Source: Squalus acanthias
Lineage: Eukaryota
Direction: 5' to 3'
DNA: 64,000 bases
Assembly: GCA_030390025.1 (NCBI GenBank)
Contig: JASTWF010000364.1
Coordinates: 310,001 to 374,000 of the forward strand
Shown: piece by piece, positions 39,230 to 53,407 of the stretch
Layout: each line of letters opens with the position of its first letter
How positions within the stretch are numbered: the stretch's first letter is position 1
Notes under the pieces: model-generated
The model's database searches: none
Told to the model about the DNA's origin: nothing
The model's input: only the letters and a program-made list of their open reading frames with translations
Position numbers and translations under genes: made by a program

Positions 39230-42200
39230 GGACCAATGGTTGACTCTTAACTGCCCTCTGAAATGGCCCAGCAAGCCACTCAGTTCAATCAAACCAAATA
39301 AGAATAAAACCAGACAATCACCCGGCATCGACCTAGGCACTAGATTGATTCCCAGGCCAGTTGACCCTGCAAAGTCTGCCTCACTAACATCTGGGAACTT
39401 GAGCCAAAACTAGGAGAGCTGTCCCACAGACTAGACAAGCAACAGCCTGACATAGTCATACTCACAGAATCATATCTTTCAGCCAATGTCCCAAACTCCT
39501 CCATCACCATCCCTGGGTATGTGTCCTGTCCCACCGGCAGGATAGACCCACCAGGGGTGGCGGCACTGTGGTATACAGTCGGGAAGGAGTGGCCCTGGGA
39601 GTCCTCAACATTGACTCCGGACCCCATGAAGTCTCATGGTCAAGCACCTACTGCCCTCCCACACCACTTGGAAAAAGCACTGGGTGTAGCAAGGGCAGAG
39701 AACGTACTCTTCAATGGCCAGCACAAAGAGTGGCTCGGTCGCACCACAACTAACAGAGCTGGCCGAGTCCTGAAGGACATAGCTGCCAGACTGGGCCTGC
39801 AGCAGGTGGTGAGAGAACCAACACAAGGGAAAAATGTACTTGACTTTGTCCTCACCAATCTACCCGTCACAGATGCATCTGTCCATGACAGTATTGGTAG
39901 CAGTGTTCACCGCACAGACATCTGGAGACAAAGTCCTGTCTTAACACGATGTGTTGTGCGCTAAATGGGATAGATTCAGAACAGATCTAGCAGCTCAAAA
40001 CTGGGCCTCCATAAGGCGCTGTGGGCCATCAGCAGCAGAATTGTATTCCACCACAATCTGTGACCTCATGGCCCGGCATATCCCTCACTCTACCATTACC
40101 ATCAAGCCAGGGGACCAACCCTGGTCAATGAGGAGTGCAGAAGAGCATGCCAGGAGCAGCACCAGGCGTACCTAAAAATGAGGTGCCAACCTGGGGAAGC
40201 TGCAACACAGGACTACATGCATACGAAACAGCGGAAGCAGCATGCTATAGACAGAGCTAAGCGACCCCACAATCAACGGATCAGATCAAAGCTCTGCAGT
40301 CCTGCCACATCCAGTCGTGAATGGTGGTGGACAATTAAACAACTAACGGGAGGAGGAGGCTCCATGAATATCCCCATCCTCAATGATGGTGGAGCCCAGC
40401 ACGTGAGTGCAAAAGACAAGGCTGAAGCGTTTGCAACCATCTTCAGCCAGAAGTGCCGAGTTGATGATCCATATCGGCCTCCTCATGAGGTCCCCACCAC
40501 CACAGAAGCCTGTCTTCAGCCAATTCGATTCACTCCACGTGATATCAAGAAATGGCTGAATGCACTGGATACAGCAAAGGCTATGGGCCCCAACAACATC
40601 CCGGCTGTCGTGCTGAAGACTTGTGCTCCAGAACTAGCTGCACCTCTGAATTCCAGAGGTGAGGCTAGAATGAGTGTCCTTGACATCAAGGAGCCCTGGT
40701 AAAATTGATGTCAATCAAGTTTAGAAGAATAAGAGGAGACTTGATTGAAACATATAAAATCCTGAGGGGTCTGGAGAGGATGTTTCCTCTTGTGGGAGAA
40801 TCTAGAACTAGGTCACTGTTTAAAAATAAGGGGTTGCCCATTTAAGACCGAGATGAGGAGAAATTTCTCAGAGGGTCGTGGGTCTTTGGAACTCTCTTCC
40901 TCAGAGGGCGGTGGAAGCAGAGTCTTTGAATATTTTAAAGGCAGAGGTAGATAGATTCTTGGTAAGCAAGGGGGTGAAAAGTTATCAGGGGTAGGCGGGA
41001 ATATGGAGTAATCAGATCAGCCATGATCTTATTGAATGGCGGAGCAGGCTCGAAGGGTCGAGTGGCCGACTCCTGCTCCTAATTCGTATGTTCATATGTA
41101 ATGGAGGGAAAACTCTCCACTGGCTGGAGTCATACTTAGCACAAAGGAAGATGGTTGTGGCTGTTGGCAGCCAATCACCTCAGCCCCAGGACATCTCTAC
41201 AGGAGTTCCTCAGGGCAGTGTCCTAGGCCCAACCATCTTCAGCTGCTTCATCAATGACCTTCCCTCCAACATAAGGTCAGAAGTGGGGATGTTTGTTGAT
41301 GACTGCACAGTGTTCAGCGCCATTCACAACCCCTCAGATAATGAAGCAGTCCATGCCCGCATGCAACAAGACCTGGACGTCATTCAGACTTGGGCTGATA
41401 AGTGGCAGATAACATTCGCGCCACACAAGTGCCAGGCAATGATTATCTCCAACAAGAGAGTCTAACCACCGCCCCTTAACATTCAACAGAATTACCATCA
41501 CCGAATCCCCCACCATCAACATCCTGGGGGTTACTATTGGCCAGAAACGTAACTGGACCAGCCACATAAATACTGTGGCTACAAGAGCAGGTCAGAGGCT
41601 GGGTATTCTGCAGCGAGTGTCTCACCTCCCGACTCCCCAAAGCCTTTCCACCATCTACAAGTCACAAGTAAGGAGTGTGATGGAATAGCCTCCACTTGCC
41701 TGGATGAGTGCAGCTTCAACAACACTCAAGAAGCTCGACACCATCCAGGACAAAGCAGCCCGCTTGATTGGCACCCCATCTAACACCTTAAACATTCACT
41801 CCCTCCACCACCAGCGTACCATGGCTGCAGTGTGTACCATCTACAAGATGCACTGCAGCAACTCGCCAAGGCTTCTATGGCAGCACCTCCCAAACCCGCG
41901 ACCTCTTCCACCTAGAAGGACAAGGGCAGCAGGTGCATGGGAACACCACCACCTCTAAGTCACACATCATCCCAACTTGGAAATATATCGCCATTCCTTC
42001 ATCGCCGCTGGGTCCAAATCCTGGAACTCCCTCCCTAACAGCACTGTGGGAGTACCTTCACCACACGGACTGCAGCGGTTCAAGAAGGCGGCTCACCACC
42101 ACCTTCTCAAGGACAATTAGGGATGGGTAATAAATGCTTGTCTTACTAGTATGTGGGAAAAGATTGATTGTCTTCCAAACTGCTGATACACCAGCGAATT

Positions 42201-44780
42201 CAAATGTGACTGCACGAGTTGGATTCTGAACAGGAACAAAGTCTTGCATTTATATCACGCTTTTAATGACCACCGGACAACTCAAAGCGCGCCAGAACTA
42301 GCGGCACCTCTGAAATCCAGGAGGTGAGGTGAGAGTGACTGCCCTCGACATCAAGGCAGCATTTGACCGAGAATGACATCAAGGAGCCCTAGTAAAACTG
42401 AAGTCAATGGGAATCAGGGGGAAAACTCTCCACTGGCTGGAGTCATACCTAGCACAAAGGAAGATGATTGTGGTGGTTGGAGGTCAATCATCACAGCCCC
42501 AGGACATCGCTGCAGGAGTTCCTCAGGGCAGTGTCCTAGGCCCAACCATCTTCAGCTGCTTCATCATTAACCTTCCCTCCAACATAAAGTCAGAAATGGG
42601 GATGTTCGCTGATGACTGCACAGTGTTCAGTGCCATTCACAACTCCTCAGATAATGAAGCAGTCCGTGCCCGCATGCAGCAAGACCTGGACGACATTCAG
42701 GCTTGGGCTGATAAGTGCAGGTAGCATTCGCGACACACAAGAGAGAGTCTAACCACTGCTACTTGATATTCAATGGCATTACCATTGCCGAATCCCCCAC
42801 CATCAATATCCTGGGGGGGGGGGGGTCACCATTGACAAGAAACTTAACTGGACCAGCCACAAATACTGTGGCTACAAGAGCAGGTCAGAGGCTGGGTATT
42901 CTGCAGCAAGTTTCTCACCTCCTGACTCACTAAAGCCTTTGTACCACCTACAAGTCAGGAGTGTGATGGAATACTCTTCACTTGCCTGGATGAGTGCAGC
43001 TCCAACAAGAAGTTCGACACAATCCAGGACAAAGCATCCCCTCTTGATTGGCACTCCCGCCACCACCGGCGCACCATGTCTGCAGTGTGTACCATCTACA
43101 AGATGCACTGCAGCACCTCCCAAGCCTGCGACCTCTTCCACCTAGAAGGCCAAGGGCAACAGGGGCATGGGACCACCATCCTGACTTGGAAATATATCGC
43201 TGTTCCCGAGTCAGAATCCTGGAACTCCCTCTCTAACAGCACTGTGGGAGCACCTTCACCACACGGACTGCAGCGGCTCAAGGCGGCTCAGCACCACCTT
43301 CTCGAGGGCAAATAGGGATGGGCAATAAATGCTCGTCTTACTAGTATTTGGGAAAAGATTGATTGTCATCCCAACTGATGATACACCAGCGAATTCAAAT
43401 GTGACTGCACGAGTTGGAATCGGAAAAGGAAGAAAGTCTTGTATTTCTCCAGCGCCTCTCACCACCTCAGGGCGGCCCAAAGCACTTTACAGCCAATGAA
43501 GCACATTTTGAAGAGTAGTCACTGTTGTAATGTGGGAAACGCGGCATTCGATAGGGCATGTACTGCAACTGTAAGCCGGGTAGATTGGTTAAAGTGTTCG
43601 CAAGAAATTAGTTATAGCCCAGGAATGGGCTGTGTCAGCAGAAAAGGTGGAGAATTAGCGCCAGGCGCTAATACTTTAGACTGCTCAAAAAAATGATTGG
43701 AGCCCGAATTCAAGTCTTAAAGCCCAAAGGTCATTGGTTTTACACTCAAAGGGTGGACCAATGGTTGACTCTTAACTGCCCTCTGAAATGGCCCAGCAAG
43801 CCACTCAGTTCAATAAAACCAAATAAAAATAAAACCAGACGATCACCCGGCATCGACCTAGGCACTAGATTGATTCCCAGGCCCGTTGACCCTGCAAAGT
43901 CTGCCTCACTAACATCTGGGAACTTGAGCCAAAACTGGGAGAGCTGTCCCACAGACTAGACAAGCAACAGCCTGACATAGTCATACTCACAGAATCCTAC
44001 CTTTCAGCCAATGTCCCAAACTCCTCCATCACCATCCCCGGGTATGTGCTGTCCCACCAGGGGTGGTGGTGGCACAGTGGTATACAGTCAGGAAGGAGTG
44101 GCCCTGGGAGTCCTCAACATTGACTCCTGACCCCATGAAGTCTCATGGCTTCAGGTCAAGCATGGGCAAGGAAACTTCTTGCTGATTATCACCTACTGTC
44201 CTCCCTCACCACTTGGTTGAACACCACTTAGAAAAAGCATTGGGTGTAGCAAGGGCAGAGAATGTACTCTGGGTGGGGGTCATCATCGACCAGAAACTTA
44301 ACTGGACCAGCCACATAAATACTGTGACTACAAGAGCAGGTCAGAGGCTGGGTATTCTGCAGCGAGTGTCTCACCTCCCGACTCCCCAAAGCCTTTCCAC
44401 AAGTAACAAGTAAGGAGTGTGATGGAATACTCTCCACTTGCCTGGATGAGTGCAGCTCCAACAACACTCAAGAAACTCAACACCATCCAGGACAAAGCAG
44501 CCCATTTGATTGGCACCCCATCCACCACCTTAAACATTCACTCCCTCCACCACCGGCGTACCGTGGCAACTCGCTAAGGCTTCTTCGGCAGCACCTCCCA
44601 AACCCACGACCTCTTCCACCTAGAAGGACAAGGGCAGCAGGTGCATGGGAACACCACCACCTCCAAGTCACACACCATCCTGACTTAGAAGTATATCGCC
44701 GATCCTTTATCGTCGCTGGGTCAAAATCTTGGAACTCCGTCCCTAACAGCACTGTGGGAGTACCTTCACCACACGGACTG
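39230..44780 (+). mobile_element. Further deleted copies of the same CR1/L2-group LINE family
   Basis: EN/RT pieces; 3' ends at ~42120 and ~43315; paralogous to 31.5-34.1 kb. Confidence 0.8.
40717..41100 (+). mobile_element. CR1 3' fragment nested in the LINE
   Basis: gagacttgattgaaacatataa...gatcagccatgatcttattgaatggcggagcaggctcga...ttcgtatgttc tail. Confidence 0.8.
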
Positions 44781-47700
44781 GGGTCCGTGAGGACGTACGC
44801 TTGTGTGGCAGCCACAGCTGCTCCTGCTGTCCTGTCGCCATTCAAGCAAATAACTAAGAAACATGGGGTCAAGAGCTACACTCACCCCAACATGACCATC
44901 GAGGCTCGTGTTAAAGCCATGGCTGGGGTTGGCGGACCTTCAGCCATCGTCGCAGCCTCGAATGTACGGGAAGGCTGTGTTCTTCCTGGGGTCAGAGCAG
45001 GCCGTGTCCCCGGCCATTACGAAGGGGCTCACGGTGGGCGGGACCTTCCTGCCGGTGGACCCTCGAGGCCGCTGCACAGCGAGTCGTCATGTCCAACGTC
45101 CCGCCCTTTGCCCCTGGTGAGCTCCTCCGTCAACTAGGGGAGATGAGGTCAGGGATTTCGCCGATCCCGCTCGGATTCAGGGAGGCCAGCCTCCGTCACC
45201 TCTTCTCCTTCCGGCTCCAGCTCTTCGTTCAGCTGGCGCGGGAGGACACGGAGGGTGCATTTTACATACACCACGAGGGGACAGACTACCGCGTCTTCTG
45301 GACATCGGACGGTGCCACGTCTAAGGAGGTGGGACACGTATCGAAAAACTGCCCCGCCTCCAAGGCCACAAAAACACCTAAAGCGGCCGAGGTTGGCGCC
45401 GCCGCCACTCCTCCCCCCGTTCCCAACCGCGCTTCGAAACCACTGGATGTGCCGTCGACGTCTGAGGCCAACGCCATCACGCCCTCCGGCGCTGGGGAGG
45501 GAGAGCGTCCGAGCGGAGGAAGAAACACACACTGAGAGGTGAGGCCCCTCGACAGCCCGTCTGGCCCCATGTCCTCGCTCATACTGAGACCCGGAGTGGC
45601 GTACGTGAGCGCAGAGGATCCCCGGGCCCAAGCCCGAGACTGCATCCACTTCCGCGGGGAACTTACAACCAGCAGACGGGCTCGGGCCCGGGAAAAGACA
45701 CACAAGGAGGGAAGAGAGGCCTCGCCAGACATGGAGGTCTCCCGACCTCCGCATCCCTCCGGAATTAAAAGGAGGCGCCGCCCATTGGAGGCGGAGGAGG
45801 AAAGTCGTCGCAATAAAATCCAGCTGGCCCTCGACAGGTGGTCGGAGCTGGTGCTGCTCATCGGGTCCGTCCGCACCGCCGTTAAAACCATGGGCACGGA
45901 CGAGGGCGTGAGCCCACTCGAGCTACGCTGGCTCAGAACGTTCCTCACTGGGCTGCTGAGGGAGTGGAGGTTAACGCGTGACTCTGGGGGTCGTGCCGCT
46001 CCATTTAGTGAACGTGTACGCCCCCCAGACCGGTGCGCAGCAAGTGCGTTTCTTTGAAGTGTCCACTCTTCTGGGCTCCATCGACGTCGGCGAGTGAGTC
46101 ATCCTCCGGGGTGGGGGGGGGGGATTTTAACTGCACCCTCAAGGCGAGGGACCGCTCCAGTGCCCCGCGCAGCACGGCGGCGATGGAGAAGTTGAGGGAC
46201 CTGGTCGGGTCCTTTGACTTGGTGGACGTCTGGCGAAATCGCCTTCCTGACTCCAGTGCCTTCACTCGTGAGGTCTGGAGGAGGAATGTCCAGAATCGAC
46301 CGTCTTTACATTTCCCGGGCGTATGTCTCCTGCGTTCCGGCGGCTGGTGCCGTGCACGGGCCACCACCTGGCGTGGGCGGAGCTCGCTCGGGTCCGCGTA
46401 CTGGCATTTTAACAACCTGTTGCTGGAGGACGAGCGGTTCCCGGATTCGTTCCGTCGGTTCTGGGCCGACCGGAGAAGGAAGCAGGGGGACTTCCCCTCC
46501 TTGAGGCTATGGTGGGACGTGGGCAAGGCTCACGTCTGTCTCTTCTGTCAGGAGTCCACAAAGGGGTCGACCAAGAGGCGGGAGGCCCGGGTCGGGCGAT
46601 TGGAGAAAGAAGTGCTCGATCTGGAGTCCCGTCTCGGTCAAGTCGTCGAAGACCCGGCCCTGCGGAAGGTGTACGAAGAGAAGGGCGTGCTGAAGGACCT
46701 GCAGCTGGTCGGGTCCCGAGGCGCGAACGTGAGGTCGCGGATCCAGTTCCTCCGGGACCTGGACCGCGGCTCCCCCTTCTACTCACTGGGGAAAAAAAAC
46801 GGGGGGTGGGGGTGGGGTGGGGTGGGGGGGGGGGTGGTGGTCCATAAGCAGCTCTTGGGGCTGCTGGCCGATGACGGATCTCTGGTCTCGGATCAGGAGG
46901 GCATCAGTGCGGAAACCCGGGCCTATTACGGGGCTCTGTTCTCTCCGGATCCGTCCAGCGAGGATGCGCGCAGAGATTGCTGGGAGGACCTGCCGAGGGT
47001 CGGCCCGGAGGGTGCCGAACAATTGGACGCTCCGTGAGCCGGGTGGAGATGACCGGCGCCCTCGGCCAGCTCTCGAGGGGCAAGTCCCTGGGACTGGACG
47101 GGCTGACCATGGAGTTCCACAGTGCATTCTGGGACGTCCTGGGGGGGCGGGGGAAGTCTGGCGACCGAGGACATGCCCCTCTCTTGGCGCAGGGCGGTCA
47201 TCGTCCTGCTGCCTAGGAAGGGTGATCTCCACCATCGCAAGAACTGGCGCCCGGTCTTCCTCCTCAGCACGGACTATAAAATCTTTGCCAGGGCCATATC
47301 TGCCCACCTTAGCACCGTGCTGGCCCACATGATCCACCCCGACCAGTCCTACACGGTCCTGGTCCAGGACCTGGTCCACCATTCCCAGAGGGCTGGTCTG
47401 TCGGTCGCCTTCCTTTCCCTCGACCAGGAGAAGGCGTTCGACAGGGTGGATCATGAATACCTCGTTGGGACTCTGCGCGCATTCGGGTTCGGGATGCATT
47501 TCGTCGCCCGGATCAGACTTGCGTACGCTGCCGCGGAGTGTCTGATTAAAGTTAACGGGTCTTTGACAGCGCCCCTTCGCTTCGGGAGGGGTGCGTCAGG
47601 GATGCCCCATGTCCGGTCAGTTATACGCCGTTTGCGTGGAGCCTTTCCTTTGCCTCTTGCGGAAGTGGTTGACGGGACTGGCTCTGCAAGGGCCGGGCGT

Positions 47701-48522
47701 GGAGGTCGTCCTCTCGGCTTACGCCGATGACGTGCTCCTCATGGTCACGGATCCCGTCGACATGCGAAGGTTGCGAGAATGCCAGATTTACTCGGACGCA
47801 TCCTCCACCAGGATCAACTGGGAGAAATGTTCCGGACTCCTGGTGGGTCAGTGGCGGGTGGATTCCCTGCCGGAGGAGTTCAGACCCTTCGCCTGGAGCA
47901 CCACTCACCTCCTCTACCTGGAAGTCTACCTTAGCCCTGCCGAGGACGCCTGGCCGGCGAACTGGCAAGAAGAGCTGGAGGCCAAAATCACCGCTCGCCT
48001 AGGGCGCTGGATAGGACTGCTCCAAGTGTTGGCCTACAGGGGCCGAGCGCTGGTCATAAACCAGCTGGTGGCCGCCGGGTTGTGGTACCGGTTGGTCACT
48101 TTGATCCCTCCCCCTGCAAGAGGCAGAAGAAGCTCATCAACTTTTTTTGGGACAAAAGGAAGCACTGGGGCTCTGCCGCGGTTCTGAATCTCCCACTTAG
48201 GGAGGGCGGTCAGGCGCTGGTGTGCCTCCGCACCCAGGCTGCGACTTTCCGTCTTCGGATCCTGCAGAGATACCTGTACGTCGAGAATCCTCCTCGATGG
48301 TGTGCGCTGGCGACGTATTTCTTCCGCCAGCTGCACGGCCTCAATTACGACACGCAGCTCCTGTTTGTGACACTGGGCGATACCCTCGCCTGCCGACAGA
48401 GTTCTCCCCCGTCAGGAGTGGCGGCTGTCCTTTGGGAGCCGCTGCTCAGGAATCCGCACCTCCACGACCGCGGGTTCGGGTGGCTGGCGGAGGGCAGGGC
48501 TGTGTCTGGCAAGGTGACCAGT
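44780..48522 (+). mobile_element. Tx1/L1-clade LINE, GC-rich, deleted
   Basis: GGDFNCTL, SRIDRLYIS, AYWHFNN.LL, WWDVGK, NWRPV.LLSTDYKI, SLDQEKAFDRVDH, RQGCPMSGQLY, AYADDV. Confidence 0.9.
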
Positions 48523-49600
48523 CAGGGACCGACTATTAGAAAACTAAACAAAAGCGTCTGTGGCCTGAAGGATGCTTCCAACGTGTGGTATTTTGCAGCG
48601 AGATCTTCGATAATAGGTTGTGTTCAACTAAACTCAGACCCCACAATGTTTTATTGGTACCATAAAGGAAAACTCTCAGGCCTGTTGGTGATTTCTTATG
48701 GGGTGGAGCTGCAGAATTTGAGAAATTCATTAAGATTAGAGTAGAATTTAAAATTGGGAGTCAGGCCTGTGGGGCTTTGAAATATATTGGTTTCGATATC
48801 CACCAAAGTGGGTCTGGTATAACTTTAAACCAACAGTCCTCGGTTAATCGTACTAGGTCATCACAAAAAGGTGATGTTATATCTAAAGAAGAGAAAGAGA
48901 AATTGCGAAGCTTGATTGGCCAGTTGAACTGGTTGTGCACTCAGACTAGACCAGGTGCTGGTTTTGATGTGTTGGAGTTAAGCACTTCAGTGACACATGG
49001 CACGGTAGAGAATGTTTTAAGGGCAAATAAAACATCACAAAAATTAAATCTGGATAAATGCGTACTTAAGTTCCCATCCTTGGGTGATCCAAAGAACATG
49101 AGGCGAGTTATCTTTAGTGATGCTTTCCAGGCTGATCTTCCCGATGGGTCTCCCACTGCAGCGGCTTCCATTGTGTTTCTGGGTGGGAATGGGAAACATC
49201 CTTTAGCTTGGGAAGCGAAGAAACTAAAAAGGGTCGTTAAAGTAATCTGGCCCTTGTGAAGGCAGCAGATGTGGGATTCTATTTGGCAAATATCTTGAGT
49301 GACATCCTGTCCAATGGGAGTATGGAAGATAGTCTACCCATTGAATCTTATTCAGACAGTTGTTCATTGTGGGATAATGTACACTACAAAAAATGAGAAA
49401 AGATTAGGGATTGACAAATGCTGGAGAGAAAGGAATTCTCAAATTAAATGGGTGGATTCAAGCCATCAACTGTCTGGACGAAGAAATTATTCAAGTTCCT
49501 GGAGAAGGGTTATCCCACAATGTAAAACTTTGTACAGAGTATGGAAGTGTCTCATTTTTTGAGGAAGGAGGAGGGAATCTTAATTGTACTCAAATGGTAT
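48523..49600 (+). mobile_element. Ty1/copia RT-RNase H fragment (GalEa-like)
   Basis: KLNKSVCGLKDAS..WY, KYIG, RSLIGQLNWL..QTRP, FSDA, PLAW.AKKLKRVVK; purine tract at 49561-49578. Confidence 0.75.
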
Positions 49601-49654
49601 ATATCCATTGGGAGTCAGTTGTATTCAGGTGGTGGGTATTAATTGGGGACTCTT

Positions 49655-49830
49655 ATTCGTTCCTGGGATGTGGGCGTCGCTGGCGAGGCCAGCATTTATT
49701 GCCCATCCCTAATTTCCCGAGAAGGTGGCGGTGAGCCGCCTTCTTGAACCGCTGCAGTCCATGTGGTGAAGGTACTCCCACAGTGCTGTTAGGTAGGGAG
49801 TTCCAGGATTTTGGCCCAGTGACGATGAAG
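49655..49830 (-). mobile_element. Inverted 3' end of the CR1/L2-group LINE family
   Basis: Reverse complement of the ...tcaagaaggcggctcacc...tagggatgggcaataaatgct end. Confidence 0.8.
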
Positions 49831-51784
49831 TGTTCAAATATCTGGGAGCAGGCTCAGGAAGTGGGGGAAGCTTATCTTGGGGGTGCACAGTATGTAATGT
49901 GAGTCTCTGTAAATGAAGGCTTGTAAGTGCAGATTGGAACAGAGTGCTAAGCTGCGAGCTTGGTGAGTGAGGGAGTTCAGGGAGGGAGGTGTTCCTTCCT
50001 TTTTCCATCTTTGTCAGGTTCCTGGTGCGGCGGCGGACCTGTGTGAGGCGAGGCGGCGGCAGAGGGTTTAAAAGGCTCCGGAGACCAGGTAAGGCGGGAC
50101 CAGTCTCCGAACTCGGAGGGAGGGAGAGAGGTGAAAATAATCGAGGTGTGACGTCACCAGAAAGCAATTGGTTGGTGAGTATTTCTCTCTTTTTAAACTT
50201 AAACTCTGTGGGTTGTAGTTAATAAGGCCTTTCTGGTGCAGAGTGACTGTTGGTAAACCATTTAACTGGTGTAATTTAAAGGGATTGATTTAATTTAAAT
50301 CCAATTAATTAGAGGGGATACTAGCATCTATAATCAGGCAGAGAGTGTCCATAACTAACAATAAAAAATTTAATTAATTACATAGAATGGAGCAGGTGAT
50401 GTGTTACTGTTGCGAGATGTGGGAGCCGGTGGACCCCATTGAGGCTCACGGTGATTACATCTGTGACAAGTGTCTGCTGCTACAGGAACTCCAGCTCCGT
50501 GTTGATGAGCTGGAGTCTGAGCTTCAGACACTGCGACACATCAGGGTGGGGGAGAAGTACCTGGACTCTGTTTCAGGAGGTGGTCACACCTATGAAGTTA
50601 ATTAATTCAGATGTAGCCCATGGTCAGGGACAGGACGGTGTGACTACGAGTGAGGCAGGTATGGGGATCCAGGAGGTAGTGTTGGAGGAGCCGCAGCCCT
50701 TGCTCTTGTCCAACAGGTTCGAGGTTCTTACTCCCTGTGAGGACGGGAGCAGGGACTGCAGGGAGGATGAGCAACCTGGCCACAGCACTGTGGAACGGGG
50801 GGCCATTCAAGTAGGGGGAGTAAATAGAAATGTTGTAGTGGTAGGGGATAGTATTATTATGGGGATAGATAGAGTTCTCTGCAGCCGAGAGAGAGAGTCC
50901 CATAGGCTGTGTTGCCTGCCCGGTGCCAGGGTTAAGGACATCTCCTCTGGGCTGGAGAGAAACTTGCAGTGGGAGGGGTGGATCCAGTTGTCGTGGTCCA
51001 TGTTGGTACAAACGACGTAGGTAGGACAAGGAAGCCGGTTGTTAAAGGAGTATGAGCAGCTAGGGGTCAAATTAAAAAACAGAACCTCAAGGGTAATAAT
51101 CTCTGGATTATTACTTGAGCCACGAGTGAATTTGGCTAGGACAAATAAAATTAGAGAGTTAAATGAGTGGCTCAAAAACTGGTGTGGGAGAAATGGGTTT
51201 TACTTCCTGGGACACTGGCACCAGTACTGGGGCAGGAGGGAGCTGTTCCGTTGGGACGGGCTTCACTTGGCCAGTGCTGGTACTAGAGTCCTGGCGGATC
51301 ATATAACTAGGGCTGTAGAGAGGGCTTTAAACTAACTAGTGGGGGGGAGGTTCCTAGAGAGCAAATAATAATTGGGGGTAAATAAGAAAAGGGTGTAAAA
51401 GAAAAGACAGTCATCCGTGGCTAAGTAAAGAAAGGCTAGTATTCGACTAAAAACAAGGGGGGGAAAATTCAGTTGGTTGCGCCTCCCGTTAGCGCCTTAA
51501 GAGGGCGCAAAGCAACTAGCGCCTGGGCGCAGCGATGTTTGCGCCGCTCGCGAACTTAACTAGACATTTTGCGGCGGCGCTAAACTTTACCGCCGCGTTC
51601 TCCTGCACACGCAGATCATGACGTCATACGAGGGTGCAACGCCCTTGTGGTGCCCCGGAGCGGAAATTGAGTGGCGCCCCCAACGACCGGAAGACTGGAA
51701 CGCTACCAGTCGCTGTGGGGGCGCTATTTAAAGGGGGCCTCTTCCTGTCTTTCTCTGTGGTTGACATTTTTGCACCACTCGTTC

Positions 51785-51787
<3 letters not shown>

Positions 51788-51843
<56 letters not shown>
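51788..51843. repeat. (GA)n microsatellite
   Basis: ~28 GA units. Confidence 0.97.
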
Positions 51844-51846
<3 letters not shown>

Positions 51847-51939
51847 AGACTTCTGCATTGAGTCAACGCTGTGAGAGGTAGTTTTGGCTACTGATCATAA
51901 CTTGGCAGGTACTTTGGATTTTGGCCTTCATAACTTTGC

Positions 51940-53098
51940 TTGCTAAGAGACTTGGGGGCTGCACTGATTGGGGGCGTCATCCTGCACCACCTGAATCGGA
52001 GGACACAGAGACGCAGAGAGAGAGTGGCAATCATGGCCAGACGGAGGAGGGCCAACAGGCGTCTGTACAGGAGACCTTACCCTCCCAGGGTATATCGTGA
52101 ACAGCTCTCCTACATTCATATGTCTGAGGAGCAGAGTTTGCGAAGGCTGCGCTTCAGCAAGGAGGTGGTCACTGAGCTCTGCCACCTGCTGCAGCCAGAT
52201 CTGCAGCCTCAACTGAGGTCCAGGACGTCTCTGTCGGTGGCAGTGAAGACTACAGTGGCTCTGAACTTTTATGCTACTGGCTCATTTCAAGCTGCTGCTG
52301 GGGACATCGCCAATATCTCCCAGTTCGCGGTGCATTGCTGCATCCGTCACGTCAAAAATGCCCTCTTTAAAAGGAGACGAGAGCACATCTCTTTCCCCAT
52401 GACCCCAGACAAGCAGCATGAACGCGCTATGGGCTTTGCCAGGATAGCGGGCTTCCCCATGGTGCAGGGCACCATTGACTGCACGCATGTGGCTTTGCGT
52501 GCTCCGCATGAGAATGCCGAGGATTTCCGGAACAGAAAGGGGTTCCATTCCTTGAACGTTCAGTTGGTCTGTGACCACAGACAGCTGATACTCGCCGTCA
52601 ATGCCCAGTATCCTAGCAGCTGCCACGATGCTTTTATCCTGCGCCAGACTACTGTGGCAGAACTTTGAGGCACCGCATCAGCCAGTTGGTTGGCTTCTCG
52701 GGGACAAGGGGTATCCACTGAGCACCTGGCTGATGACACCGCTCCGTACACCCAACACCCCTGCTGAGCTGCGGTACAATGAGAGCCATCAAGCTACCAG
52801 GAACATCGTTGAGCACACAATCGGCGTGCTCAAGCAATGGTTCCGCTGTCTGGACCATTCTGGAGGAGCCCTGCAGTACTCGCCTGAGCGAGTTTCCCAC
52901 TTCGTAGTTGTGTGCTGCATGCTGCATAACATGGCAATCCTCAGGACCCAGCCAATGCCACCAGGCCTTGGAGCACCACCAGAGGAGGAGGAGGAGGAGG
53001 AAGAGGAGGATCATCAGCAGCACCAAGGCGGGAGGGCGGCCCACAATGGTGAAACTGGAAGGGCCGTCTGTCAACGGCTGATAGCAAGCCGCTTCTAG
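51940..53098 (+). pseudogene. Harbinger DDE nuclease, one frameshift near 52660
   Basis: [62 protein letters not shown]. Confidence 0.9.
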
Positions 53099-53407
53099 GC
53101 CCCTGCTGAGGAAATGGCTTCTGCCATTGAGAACAACATGAATGAAACCAACCCGCAACCCCTAAGCCGGCCAAGGTAGTAATGATTCCAAAGACCAAAC
53201 ATGTACATTTTGAATACAAAAGCTTATTTATTTTACAAACTCAGTGTGTCATTTCTCCATGACAAACTAATAGAAAGAAATACAAAAAAACAGTCATTAA
53301 CATAACTGGTTCTCACAACCTGGAGATAATGTCCAAAACACTAAACAAAAGTTTAAACACGAACCTCGGCCTTTAATAAAAAATTGACAAACATTGTGTC
53401 ACACCTC

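Noticed and set aside
44908..48336. Many overlapping and antisense ORFs as novel genes
   Set aside because: Expected from GC-rich Tx1 coding sequence; no independent motifs.
51940..53098. Domesticated host HARBI1 gene
   Set aside because: Frameshifted, paired with a Myb-like gene inside transposon ends, and four paralogous copies lie in the window.
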